In this document: positions 50,549-59,491 of the stretch, piece by piece
Position numbering within the stretch: the first letter of the stretch is position 1
Layout of the letters: each line of letters opens with the position of its first letter
Assembly: GCA_020852705.1 (NCBI GenBank)
Contig: JADZAP010000030.1
Coordinates: 3,991 to 67,990 of the forward strand
DNA from: Ignavibacteria bacterium
GTDB taxonomy: Bacteria > Bacteroidota > Ignavibacteria > Tepidaquicellales > OLB5
Reading direction: 5' to 3'
DNA: 64,000 bases
The notes under the pieces: generated by a model
Seen by the model: the letters and a program-made list of their open reading frames with translations, nothing else
The model's database searches: none
Told to the model about the DNA's origin: nothing
Position numbers and translations under genes: made by a program

Positions 50549-51949
50549 TTATTCATCAATTATAGCACACATAAGCTCAGCTTCTGCAGCAAGCTCTCCA
50601 TTTATACTGTTTTTAAATGCTTTTGCTTTAAGTTTAAATATATTGCGTTTTCTATCAGTAACTTCAACATCAAAAAAAAGCTGGTCACCGGGTATAACCT
50701 GTTTACGGAACTTAGCTTTATCAATTGAAGTAAAGTAAGCTAATTTTCCGTCATAACTATCAAAGAAATTAAGTATCAGCAGTCCCCCGGTTTGTGCCAT
50801 AGCTTCAACTATCAGCACACCCGGCATAACGGGCTTTTGGGGGAAATGTCCCTGAAAAAAAGGTTCATTAATAGTAACATTTTTTACGCCTACAATACGC
50901 TTACCAATTTCAAGATCTACAACTTTATCAACTAACAGGAAGGGGTATCTGTGCGGAAGCATTTTTTTTATAGCATTGATATCAAAAATAACATCTCCTG
51001 CAGATTTTGCCTGATATTTTAATTTTAGTTTGTTTTGCTTATACAAATTGCGAAGCATTTTTACAAACTCAATATTATGTTTATGTCCGGGTCTTGCTGC
51101 CATAATATGCCCTTTAATTGGAGCTCCAATTAATGCCATATCACCGATAAGATCAAGCAGTTTATGGCGAACTGGCTCATTAGGAAAGCGGAGCTGAGTA
51201 TTGTTCAGTATTCCGTTCTGCCCCAATACAACATTTTCTTCAATTCCAAGTTTGTTCATAAGTTCATTTAGCTGATCTTTTGATAAATCACGATCAACAA
51301 TTACAACAGCATTTTTAAAACTTCCACCCTGAATTAAACCCTGCTCATAAAGTGACTCAACTTCATGCAGAAAGCAAAAAGTACGAGCAGGTGCAAATTC
51401 GTTTGCAAATTCATTCATATTAAAAAGACTAGTATATTGGCTTCCAAGTGCAGGGTTGCGGTAATCAATCATAACTGTTACTTTAAAATCATCTAATGGA
51501 AAGGCAACTATATCAACAGTTCCATCCGGGGCACGGTAATGAAGTGTATTTTCAATGACAAGGTAATCTTTGGGGGCATCTTGCTCGGTAAAACCAGCTG
51601 AAATTAACAAATCAATAAACGGTTTTGCACTGCCATCAATTACAGGCGGTTCATTGGTATCAAGCTCAACAATCAGGTTATCAATTTCAGCACCCATAAT
51701 AGCTGCAAGCACATGCTCAGTGGTTTTAACTTCTGCATCACCAACAGATATAGTTGTACCGCGGGATATATCAGTAACATGGTCTATATCTGCAGGTATT
51801 TCAGGTGAACCTTCTAAATCAATCCTTTTAAAGCAAATACCATAATCTTCCGGTGCAGGAAGAAATTTCATATTTGACTTGTTGCCTGTATGCAGACCAA
51901 TGCCTGAAATTGAGACTTCTTTAGCTATTGTGCGTTGTTTTGTGAGCAT
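50549..51949 (-). CDS. lpxC/fabZ: bifunctional UDP-3-O-acyl-GlcNAc deacetylase / 3-hydroxyacyl-ACP dehydratase
   Basis: 466 aa. The N-terminal LpxC part contains GIGLHTG, TEHVLAA and HKLLDLIGD. The C-terminal FabZ part contains LPHRYPFLLVD and FFQGHFP..PVMPGVL. Confidence 0.93.
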   Translation of the reverse strand: MLTKQRTIAKEVSISGIGLHTGNKSNMKFLPAPEDYGICFKRIDLEGSPEIPADIDHVTDISRGTTISVGDAEVKTTEHVLAAIMGAEIDNLIVELDTNEPPVIDGSAKPFIDLLISAGFTEQDAPKDYLVIENTLHYRAPDGTVDIVAFPLDDFKVTVMIDYRNPALGSQYTSLFNMNEFANEFAPARTFCFLHEVESLYEQGLIQGGSFKNAVVIVDRDLSKDQLNELMNKLGIEENVVLGQNGILNNTQLRFPNEPVRHKLLDLIGDMALIGAPIKGHIMAARPGHKHNIEFVKMLRNLYKQNKLKLKYQAKSAGDVIFDINAIKKMLPHRYPFLLVDKVVDLEIGKRIVGVKNVTINEPFFQGHFPQKPVMPGVLIVEAMAQTGGLLILNFFDSYDGKLAYFTSIDKAKFRKQVIPGDQLFFDVEVTDRKRNIFKLKAKAFKNSINGELAAEAELMCAIIDE

Positions 51950-51996
51950 AGTTTACAATATTAATATTGTAAAATACTGATTTTTATAAAAAGATT

Positions 51997-52090
51997 AAAC
52001 GTAAAAGTAACAGATTCAAAACTAAGATTATTCGTGTCAGTCTGTAAGAACTGACACACATATACGTCATATCAAATGACCTGACGGCTG
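51997..52090. repeat. diverged direct repeat R1 (upstream of lpxC/fabZ), contains 8-bp hairpin gtgtcagt-ctgtaaga-actgacac at 52034-52057
   Basis: Shares the blocks aaacgtaaa, gtaa(a)cagat, agaactga and aaatgacctgac in the same order with R2. The offset is 663-677 bp. Confidence 0.6.
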
Positions 52091-52126
52091 ATGAATTTCG
52101 TAATTTAAATAGCAGGGGTATGTAAG

Positions 52127-52441
52127 TTAATCAGTAGCCATGCTTTTTGCGGTGCTGATATCCTGCTCCATTTCAAAGCAAGAACTGTGCATCCGGCTAG
52201 TAGCGATTATTTCTCCTCCGGTATATTCATTCAGGTTAAAAAACCACTTTCCATCAAGAGTTGAATTACGTTTAAAGTTTTTATCATAAGCTGCTGCCAA
52301 ACGCATCCGCAGAACACAATCTGCACAACATTTTTCATCCAAACAGCCACGGCAATTCATTATTGCAATGCCATCTGTCTTAACCAGCCGGGCAAAATAC
52401 ATTCCCGCAGGTCCCGAAAATTTAACAAATTTTATGGACAT
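52127..52441 (-). CDS. YegP-like protein (two DUF1508 repeats)
   Basis: 104 aa. The second half, WFFNLNEYTGGEIIATSRMHSSCFEMEQDISTAK, fits the DUF1508 pattern (F.F.L.A.NGE.IA.S..Y.S......GI.SV). The first half, YFARLVKTDGIAIMNCRGCLDEKCCADCVLRM, is a Cys-rich divergent copy. Confidence 0.6.
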   Translation of the reverse strand: MSIKFVKFSGPAGMYFARLVKTDGIAIMNCRGCLDEKCCADCVLRMRLAAAYDKNFKRNSTLDGKWFFNLNEYTGGEIIATSRMHSSCFEMEQDISTAKSMATD

Positions 52442-52659
52442 ATTAGTATTTAAGTTTAATTAGTTAAGTTTTATAACTTATAATCAAATAGAAAATTGAA
52501 TTGATTACCTTAATTCCATAAATAGAGAGTCAGCACGTTTTTGCAATACAAAAAAGTACAATAAATCCGGTGAACTAACCCAATTATTATAATTTTAATA
52601 TAATACCTAAATGCAGTTAATGCAAGAGATAAAAGCAGAAATATTAGTTTAAATTTTGA

Positions 52660-52767
52660 AAACGTAAATTGATAACTTAAAGGTAAACAGATATATTACA
52701 AAGTTTGCTCATGTCAATTCCTTAGAACTGATACAGATATTCCACGTGTTAAATGACCTGACTATAG
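52660..52767. repeat. diverged direct repeat R2 (downstream of lpxD, upstream of the YegP-like gene)
   Basis: Has the same ordered blocks as R1 plus a 14-nt insertion. I estimate roughly 65-70 percent identity by eye. Confidence 0.6.
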
Positions 52768-52833
52768 CAGTTTCAGCCAAAAGACCAGAGAGCAACGGTG
52801 ATTGGTTGATATAGGATAATTCTGTTTATGGTA

Positions 52834-53841
52834 TTACTTTTTTTTTGACAGGCTGCGAATGATAGCTTCTTGGCGAAGTTCACTTTGCATGGGTTGTGCG
52901 CGGTAACCTGAGTACATTCCCGGTTTTGTGATTGATTTAGAAACATTAGTTGCTGCTGTTAGAATAACATTATCACAGATAGAAATATGACCTACAATAC
53001 CAACTTTACCCCCAATCATGCAGTTTGCACCAATCTTTGTTGAGCCGGCAATTCCTGTTTGCGAAGCAATTACTGTATTTTCACCAATTTCGACATTGTG
53101 AGCAATTTGGATCATGTTATCTAATTTAACACCTTTGCGTATAATTGTTTCGCCAATTGTGGCACGATCAATTGAACAGTTTGCACCGATTTCAACATCA
53201 TCTTCAATAACAACAATTCCCTTTTGAGGAATCTTTTGATAAGTGCCATCAGGATTTTTTGCCTGTCCAAAACCATCACTGCCAATAACTGTACCGGAAT
53301 GAATAATAACACGCGAGCCAATTTTACATCCGTTGTATATAGTAACATTAGGATAAATAAGAACATCATCAGCAATTTCAGCACCTGCAAGAATCACAGT
53401 ATTTGGCAGAATAGAAACACGGTCACCAATTTTAACCAATTCACCAATAAAAGCATTTGCACCAATACGAACATCTATATTTGAAATTTCTGCAGTATCA
53501 GAAATTCGTGCAGTTTGATCTATGCCAATTTTTTGTAATTCAGTTTTAGGCGAAAGCACATCGAGCAGGGTTAAAAATGCAAGGTATGGATCTTCGACTT
53601 TTATCAGGGGAACAATACGGTCATCAAGTCTTTTATATAATAAAGCATTAAATTTTTTTGAAACTATAACACAGCCAGCAGAAGTGCCGGAGAAGAACTT
53701 TTCATATACAGGGTTGGCAATGAAAGTTATTTCATTGCTTTGAGCAGATTCAATTTTACCGATACCGGTAATTTCAAAATCTGGATTAGAGCCGGTTGAA
53801 AGTTCACCTGATAAAAGCTGTGATATTTGATGGAGTTTCAT
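52834..53841 (-). CDS. lpxD: UDP-3-O-(3-hydroxyacyl)glucosamine N-acyltransferase
   Basis: 335 aa. The N-terminal LpxD domain is followed by a long left-handed beta-helix of hexapeptide repeats (IG.N..IG...I). Confidence 0.92.
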   Translation of the reverse strand: MKLHQISQLLSGELSTGSNPDFEITGIGKIESAQSNEITFIANPVYEKFFSGTSAGCVIVSKKFNALLYKRLDDRIVPLIKVEDPYLAFLTLLDVLSPKTELQKIGIDQTARISDTAEISNIDVRIGANAFIGELVKIGDRVSILPNTVILAGAEIADDVLIYPNVTIYNGCKIGSRVIIHSGTVIGSDGFGQAKNPDGTYQKIPQKGIVVIEDDVEIGANCSIDRATIGETIIRKGVKLDNMIQIAHNVEIGENTVIASQTGIAGSTKIGANCMIGGKVGIVGHISICDNVILTAATNVSKSITKPGMYSGYRAQPMQSELRQEAIIRSLSKKK

Positions 53842-53932
53842 TTTATATTAATTTTTCAAAAGCATCCATTATAAAAGATATTAAAGACACACATTAATAT
53901 TAAAATAGTTTTAATTATTAGTTAATAAAACT

Positions 53933-53959
53933 CAAAAAAAAGACGGCATTTAGCCGTCT
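53933..53959 (-). terminator. rho-independent terminator after skp (53980)
   Basis: A 7-bp stem agacggc/gccgtct with a 5-nt loop is followed, on the minus strand, by a U7-8 run. Confidence 0.75.
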
Positions 53960-53979
53960 AAGATAATACATACTCAAAA

Positions 53980-54495
53980 TTATTGCGATTCCAGTTTTTT
54001 AATAACTTTTTGAGTTAAATCATACTTATCATTCATATACAGCAGCATTAATTGTGTAGAGCGGTCAATAACAAAATCATATCCGCCTTCTTTAGCAACA
54101 TCCTGAATTGCTTTAAAAATGCGGTCTTGCACCGGTTTCATTAATTCAGCTTGTTTTTGGAAATATTCTCCATTTTCGCCAAATTTACCTTGTTTATAAT
54201 CATTAACCCGCTTTTCCATTAAAGTTATCTGTTCTTCGTTTTGCGAGCGTACTTTATCAGTAAGAATAAGTTTTTTCTTTTCATAATCATCTTTCATAAG
54301 TTTAAGACTGTCATTAAGCTGCTGAAGCTCAAGCTTCCATTTCTGCACCATGTTATCAAGGTTAGTTTGAGCATCACGTGCATCCTGAAGCTGCTCGAGA
54401 ATAACTTTAGAGTCAACATAACCTATTTTTTGCTGCGAAAAAGTATTCACAGTAAAAAGAATTAGAGCCGCCAAAAATGCAATATGAAGTTTCAT
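53980..54495 (-). CDS. skp: OmpH/Skp-family periplasmic chaperone
   Basis: The signal peptide MKLHIAFLAALILFTVNTFSQQ is followed by IGYVDSKVIL and a long coiled-coil. I chose the ATG at 54495. Confidence 0.85.
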   Translation of the reverse strand: MKLHIAFLAALILFTVNTFSQQKIGYVDSKVILEQLQDARDAQTNLDNMVQKWKLELQQLNDSLKLMKDDYEKKKLILTDKVRSQNEEQITLMEKRVNDYKQGKFGENGEYFQKQAELMKPVQDRIFKAIQDVAKEGGYDFVIDRSTQLMLLYMNDKYDLTQKVIKKLESQ

Positions 54496-54596
54496 TGCGT
54501 AATTGTTAATTTGCAAAAAATGAATTAATGCCTGCAGAATAAATAATGACTGTAAATAGTTTAAAAAGCATTAAAAAATATTTGAATACAGAAAAT

Positions 54597-55142
54597 TTAT
54601 TTAAGCTTATCCAGAACTTTGAATGTAATATCAATATCCTTATCTCCATAAATTAAGGCATCGCTGGCTTTATCAAGAACTAAATTATACTTTAGTTCCT
54701 TAGCAAGTATTTCTATTGTATTGGTTATTTTATCCTTAACGGGTTTGAAAAGTTCAACTTGAGCATCGTATAAAGTTTTTTGAACATTTTGTTTGTATAA
54801 AGATAGCTCCTGATCCATTGCCTGAACTTCTTCCTGCATTAAACCAAGTTCGCTTTCAAGGCTTTTTATCTGGTCAGGTGTAAGCTGCCCTGCTTCTATC
54901 TGTTTTTGAGCATCTTCATATTTTGTTTTGAATGCATCTGCTTTGGTTTTAATATCGTTTTCTTTTATGGTAATAGTATCAACATAAAGCTTCTGCATAT
55001 CTTCAAGTTTTTTCTTTACATCCTGAGCTTCGGGCAGCTGTCCTATAATTACTTCGCTATCCACAAAAGCAATTTTAACCTGTGCCCCTGCTGTTGCTGC
55101 CAAAACAGCGGTGAATAATATTGCAAATAAAATGTTTTTCAA
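54597..55142 (-). CDS. skp: OmpH/Skp-family periplasmic chaperone (second copy)
   Basis: 181 aa with a signal peptide, IAFVDSEVII and a coiled-coil. The TTG start is preceded by AAGGAG at a suitable distance. Confidence 0.85.
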   Translation of the reverse strand: MKNILFAILFTAVLAATAGAQVKIAFVDSEVIIGQLPEAQDVKKKLEDMQKLYVDTITIKENDIKTKADAFKTKYEDAQKQIEAGQLTPDQIKSLESELGLMQEEVQAMDQELSLYKQNVQKTLYDAQVELFKPVKDKITNTIEILAKELKYNLVLDKASDALIYGDKDIDITFKVLDKLK

Positions 55143-55187
55143 TTTGTTTCTCCTTTAAATATGTATATTTCGTTTAAAAATTTTATA

Positions 55188-57542
55188 TTAAAATCCCCTG
55201 CCAAACTGGAAGTGAAATAGCCACGATGGATCTTGTCCGTCAACAGCTTTTCTGTCAAACCCATATCCAAGATCAAAGCCAATAATACCAACAGCAGGCA
55301 GCATTAATCTTGCACCAAAACCAAGTGAACGTTTAAGATCAAATATATCTGCTGTTTTAAATGAAGACCACAGGTTGCCTGCTTCAGCAAAAGCAGTTAA
55401 GAAAATCGGGATTGGATCCTGTGAAAGCGAATACCTAAGCTCAACACCGGCTTTAAAAAGGAATCTGCCCCCAACAGGTGAACGCACTGAATTAATAGGT
55501 CCAACAGAGCGGTCTTCGTAACCTCTAAGTGAAACTGTATTGTATGAAAGGCCGCTGCCGCCCATAAAAATAAGTTCATTTGGCGGAACGTAATTATCTT
55601 TTGAAAGACTTGAAATACTTTCAATATCAAATAGCGAAGCAAGAACTAGCTTGCCTGAGTTATCAAGACTCTTATATGCCTCACTTTTAAAACCAAGTTT
55701 ATAGAAATTAGTAGTGCCAACCAGATTAGCCCCGGCAACTTCTGCAGAAAGAGATATCTTTGATCCAATTGAAGGAAAAATGGGACTGTTGGTAGAATTT
55801 CTTGAAATAGTCTGCCCTATGCTGATTTGAGTCCGTAACCCTGTTTCATACAAACCTGCACCGTTTATAACATTAGTACGCTGGAATTTAATAAACCAGT
55901 CTCCCCGGAAATAATCATCCGGAAATCTGAATCTTCTGCCAAGACTGAGAGTTGCTCCGGTTTCCTGAATTTCGTATGTATAATTCTGTTTAGTATCATA
56001 CAGGTTAATACCCGCAGATGTTGGAGTATTAAACAGCCATGGTTCAGTAAAACCAATGCTAAAAGTACGGTAAGTACCGGAGGTACCAAAATCCCATTGT
56101 AAAGAAAGAATTTGCCCTGCCCCGCCTGAAAGAGGGTCCAGAATATCAAAATTATTAAAAGTAAGTCCAAGACTTCCTGAAAACCCAAAAGTTTGACTGT
56201 AACCAACCGAAGCATTAAGCTGATCACTTGAACGCTCTTCTACAACATAAACAAGGTCAACGGTACTATCATTTCGCTGAACAAAATCATAGTTTAAAGA
56301 TTCTGGATTAAAATAATTAAGCTGAGAAATTTGCTGCATAGAGCGCATCATAGCAGTTTTATTAAAATACTGTCCGGGTAAAGTAAAAAGTTCTCGGCGG
56401 ATAACTTTATCCTGAGTTTTGGTATTGCCAGAAAAAGAAATTAACCCTACCCTGTACTGCCTGTTTTCGGTAATTTTTACATCAAGGTCAACATAATTAT
56501 TTGGTTCATTAACTTCTTCAACATCAGCACTAAAGCCAAGGTATCCGTTATCAAGATACAGCGAAGCTATATCAGTTTGGCTTTCGTTGCCTCTTAAATT
56601 TTGATTGAACTTTTCATAATTATACACATCACCGCGTTTCATATCAATCCGTTCGTAGAGTACAGAATCTTTATAAACGGTATTTCCTTCAAAAGTAATT
56701 TTGCCTACTTTATACCGGGCACCTTCATTTACATTAATCAATATATCAACATCTTCTTTATGGTTTTTATAAGTAAGTTTATCATCAATAATAACTGCAT
56801 CTTTATACCCGTTGCGTTTATAATAATTAATAATTAATTCTTTATCTTTTTCGTAATCTTTGCGGTTAAATCTGGCTTTATCCCAAAACTTCCACCATTT
56901 TCGTTCAGCAGTTTCTTCCATAGCACCTTTAAGGTCTGAGGAAGAAATTTTTTTGTTGCCCTGAAAACGAATATTTCTGACACTAATTTTAGAACCCTCA
57001 TTAATCTTCACACGAAGCTGAGCTTCATTATAGGAATTTACTAACTGGTCAACCTTAACCTCAGCAAGCGGGTATCCTTCTTCTTCGTATGCTTTGGTAA
57101 TATTGTATTCAATATCTTTTACAGTCTGCGGAGTTATAACCTGCCCTTTTTCAAGAGGCATTTTTTCTTCCAGGTCTTTATCACTAAACTCATCATTACC
57201 TGAAAACTTGATATTATCAAGTTTAGGAAGTTCTTTAACTTTAATCACAAGATATGCACCATCGCCTACCTTTTTATCTACCAGGATTTCTATATCAGAA
57301 AAAAGCTTCATGTTCCACAAATTCATAATTGCCTGCTGAGTAGCATCGCTTGGTATCATAATTTCATCTCCAACTTTTAAGCCTGAGTTTGAAATAATAA
57401 TTCGCGAATCATAAAACTTATTTCCATCTGTTGAAATGGCAAGAATTTTATAAGTCCATGGTCCTTCCTGTGCTGATGTATTTAAGATAGTTATAAAAAT
57501 AAGGGTAAAAAATAAAAAAAGAACTTTCTTTATATCTCTCAT
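55188..57542 (-). CDS. bamA: outer membrane protein assembly factor BamA
   Basis: 784 aa. POTRA repeats are followed by a C-terminal beta-barrel ending in FHFQFGRGF. Confidence 0.93.
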   Translation of the reverse strand: MRDIKKVLFLFFTLIFITILNTSAQEGPWTYKILAISTDGNKFYDSRIIISNSGLKVGDEIMIPSDATQQAIMNLWNMKLFSDIEILVDKKVGDGAYLVIKVKELPKLDNIKFSGNDEFSDKDLEEKMPLEKGQVITPQTVKDIEYNITKAYEEEGYPLAEVKVDQLVNSYNEAQLRVKINEGSKISVRNIRFQGNKKISSSDLKGAMEETAERKWWKFWDKARFNRKDYEKDKELIINYYKRNGYKDAVIIDDKLTYKNHKEDVDILINVNEGARYKVGKITFEGNTVYKDSVLYERIDMKRGDVYNYEKFNQNLRGNESQTDIASLYLDNGYLGFSADVEEVNEPNNYVDLDVKITENRQYRVGLISFSGNTKTQDKVIRRELFTLPGQYFNKTAMMRSMQQISQLNYFNPESLNYDFVQRNDSTVDLVYVVEERSSDQLNASVGYSQTFGFSGSLGLTFNNFDILDPLSGGAGQILSLQWDFGTSGTYRTFSIGFTEPWLFNTPTSAGINLYDTKQNYTYEIQETGATLSLGRRFRFPDDYFRGDWFIKFQRTNVINGAGLYETGLRTQISIGQTISRNSTNSPIFPSIGSKISLSAEVAGANLVGTTNFYKLGFKSEAYKSLDNSGKLVLASLFDIESISSLSKDNYVPPNELIFMGGSGLSYNTVSLRGYEDRSVGPINSVRSPVGGRFLFKAGVELRYSLSQDPIPIFLTAFAEAGNLWSSFKTADIFDLKRSLGFGARLMLPAVGIIGFDLGYGFDRKAVDGQDPSWLFHFQFGRGF

Positions 57543-58330
57543 TAAGCTTTTTTCTTTGATTGAATTTGTTTAGTAGTCATTCCAAATCTGCGCTCTCTGT
57601 TTTGGTATTCGCGAACTGCATCATAGAGTTTATTTCTCCTGAATTCAGGCCAAAATGTTTTATCAAAATACAATTCTGTATACGCTAATTCCCACAGTAA
57701 AAAATTGCTAATCCTGAAATCACCTCCGGTTCTTATCAAAAGGTCGGGGTCAGGAATATTTGCGGTTACCAGATATGATGAAAATATTTTTTCATCTATT
57801 TCAGAATTTGAAATTTTATTATGTTTAAAATCAGATGCCATATTTTTAACTGCATTAAGGATATCCCACCTTCCGCTGTAACTTAATGCTAAAACCAAAG
57901 TCATAGTCTTATTGTTCCGGGTTTTTTCTATTGATTCATTAAGCTCTTTTAACACTTTTGGAGGCATAATTGACATATCTCCAATAGCTAAAAGACGGAC
58001 ATTATTTTCGTGCAGTTTATCAGTTTCTTTTCTCAAAGAACGTATAAGCAGCTTCATTAAAATAGCAACTTCGGTTTTTGGACGCCGCCAATTTTCAGTT
58101 GAAAATGTGTATAAAGTTAAATATTTAACTCCAATTTGTCCGCAAACTTCAACAATATCACGAACTGAATGTACTCCTTCGCTGTGCCCAAAAGTACGGG
58201 GATGCTTTTTTTCCTGTGCCCATCTGCCATTTCCATCCATAATAATAGCAATATGACGCGGAATTTCTCCTGTTTCTTTTAAATGATCCTGAACTTTTTT
58301 ATCTGAACCGGTGGGTTCGTTAAAAGCCAT
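57542..58330 (-). CDS. uppS: isoprenyl transferase (undecaprenyl-diphosphate synthase)
   Basis: 262 aa. Contains HIAIIMDGNGRWA, TLYTFSTENW.RP, RTGGDFRISNFLLWELAYTELYF. Confidence 0.93.
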   Translation of the reverse strand: MAFNEPTGSDKKVQDHLKETGEIPRHIAIIMDGNGRWAQEKKHPRTFGHSEGVHSVRDIVEVCGQIGVKYLTLYTFSTENWRRPKTEVAILMKLLIRSLRKETDKLHENNVRLLAIGDMSIMPPKVLKELNESIEKTRNNKTMTLVLALSYSGRWDILNAVKNMASDFKHNKISNSEIDEKIFSSYLVTANIPDPDLLIRTGGDFRISNFLLWELAYTELYFDKTFWPEFRRNKLYDAVREYQNRERRFGMTTKQIQSKKKA

Positions 58331-58477
58331 TTAAAATGATAAATTACGGCTAGGATGCCTTTAAATTTCGTTTAGTAAATCAATAATTTAGCTTTTAAAC
58401 ACTAAAAATACAATTGAAATATTACCCCATAAAGTACATTAATTCACATCTCCCCAAAATAAAGCAACAATATTGAA

Positions 58478-58550
58478 CACAAATTACACTAATTTTATTA
58501 ATTAACCCGAAGTATTATCTAAAATTGTTATATCTTGATTAAAATAGCAA
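58478..58550. repeat. degenerate third copy of the 6680-7078 repeat family
   Basis: The 17-mer cacaaattacactaatt (58478-58494) is identical to 6765-6781. It is followed by a similar aattgt..ata..ttgatt..aaaa tract. Confidence 0.4.
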
Positions 58551-58732
58551 TGGTTTTAAATTATAAATCTAAAAATAAATAAAATTATACAGAATTCATT
58601 ATAAATTGAAATTCAAACTTTAAGCAAAAAAAATTTAAAGAACAATTATATGAAGTATTGTGTAGTATATAAAAAAAGTGATTAAATATTACCGGAATTA
58701 ACATCAATTTAAATGAAACTTAAAACAATATT

Positions 58733-59224
58733 TTATGCGGGTTTAAAAATTATTATACCATAGTAATAAGTTTCACTTGTTCTTTTATTGTAGTTTAGGC
58801 ACCATTTGCCAAGTGATTTTGGAGTTAAAAATTTTCGTACTCTTTTTTGCTCGGGGTCAATTACAGTAATATATTTATTTTCATACTCAACTGCACTTAT
58901 CCAGTGATCTTCATGGTCAGTTAGCAAAATAAGTTTATTGCCCTTTTTAAGATTATAAATTACACGCTGTTTAAATGCTGCTTCCGTTTTATTTTGGAAT
59001 GCTTTAAATTCAAATCCAAGCTGTTTTAGGGCACGAAAAATTTTCTTTTCACTTGTTCCGTTTACTCTGTTGCTGTGTGCAAGCTCTCTTATTTTCCGTT
59101 CAGAATATAAATAACCTAATGCTATTAATGAATTACGGATTGATGCAGGTCCGCAAGAAAATTTTGTTTCCTGTTTAAAATATGTCAATTTAATAAATCC
59201 TTCTCTGTACCCATAATTTTTCAA
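58733..59224 (-). CDS. stand-alone C39-like (papain-fold) cysteine peptidase domain protein
   Basis: 163 aa. The catalytic set is in the expected order: Q...SCGPAS (Gln/Cys), DHWISAV (His), VIDPEQ (Asp). TTG start. Confidence 0.6.
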   Translation of the reverse strand: MKNYGYREGFIKLTYFKQETKFSCGPASIRNSLIALGYLYSERKIRELAHSNRVNGTSEKKIFRALKQLGFEFKAFQNKTEAAFKQRVIYNLKKGNKLILLTDHEDHWISAVEYENKYITVIDPEQKRVRKFLTPKSLGKWCLNYNKRTSETYYYGIIIFKPA

Positions 59225-59491
59225 AAGGGATAGCTTGAAAAATCTAATTTATATTTCAAAAACATAATAAGCCATAACATTCTTTTATCATTGCAATAAA
59301 TTTTATAAATAATTAATTCAAAAACAATGCTTTTTACGTGATAAACACATAAATAACATAGTATTATAAAATAATACGAAATTTAATATTTTTTGAGCAT
59401 ATTGAATTAAAAACAGGAACTAAATGAAATTTTTAAATATTGATAATTAAAAGTCTAAATTTGTATTTACTATTATATAAAGTCAGCATAT

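Noticed and set aside
59225-59491. Riboswitch (for example cobalamin) upstream of the TonB-dependent receptor
   Set aside because: The spacer is almost pure AT. It has no GC-rich paired elements and no B12-box-like sequence.
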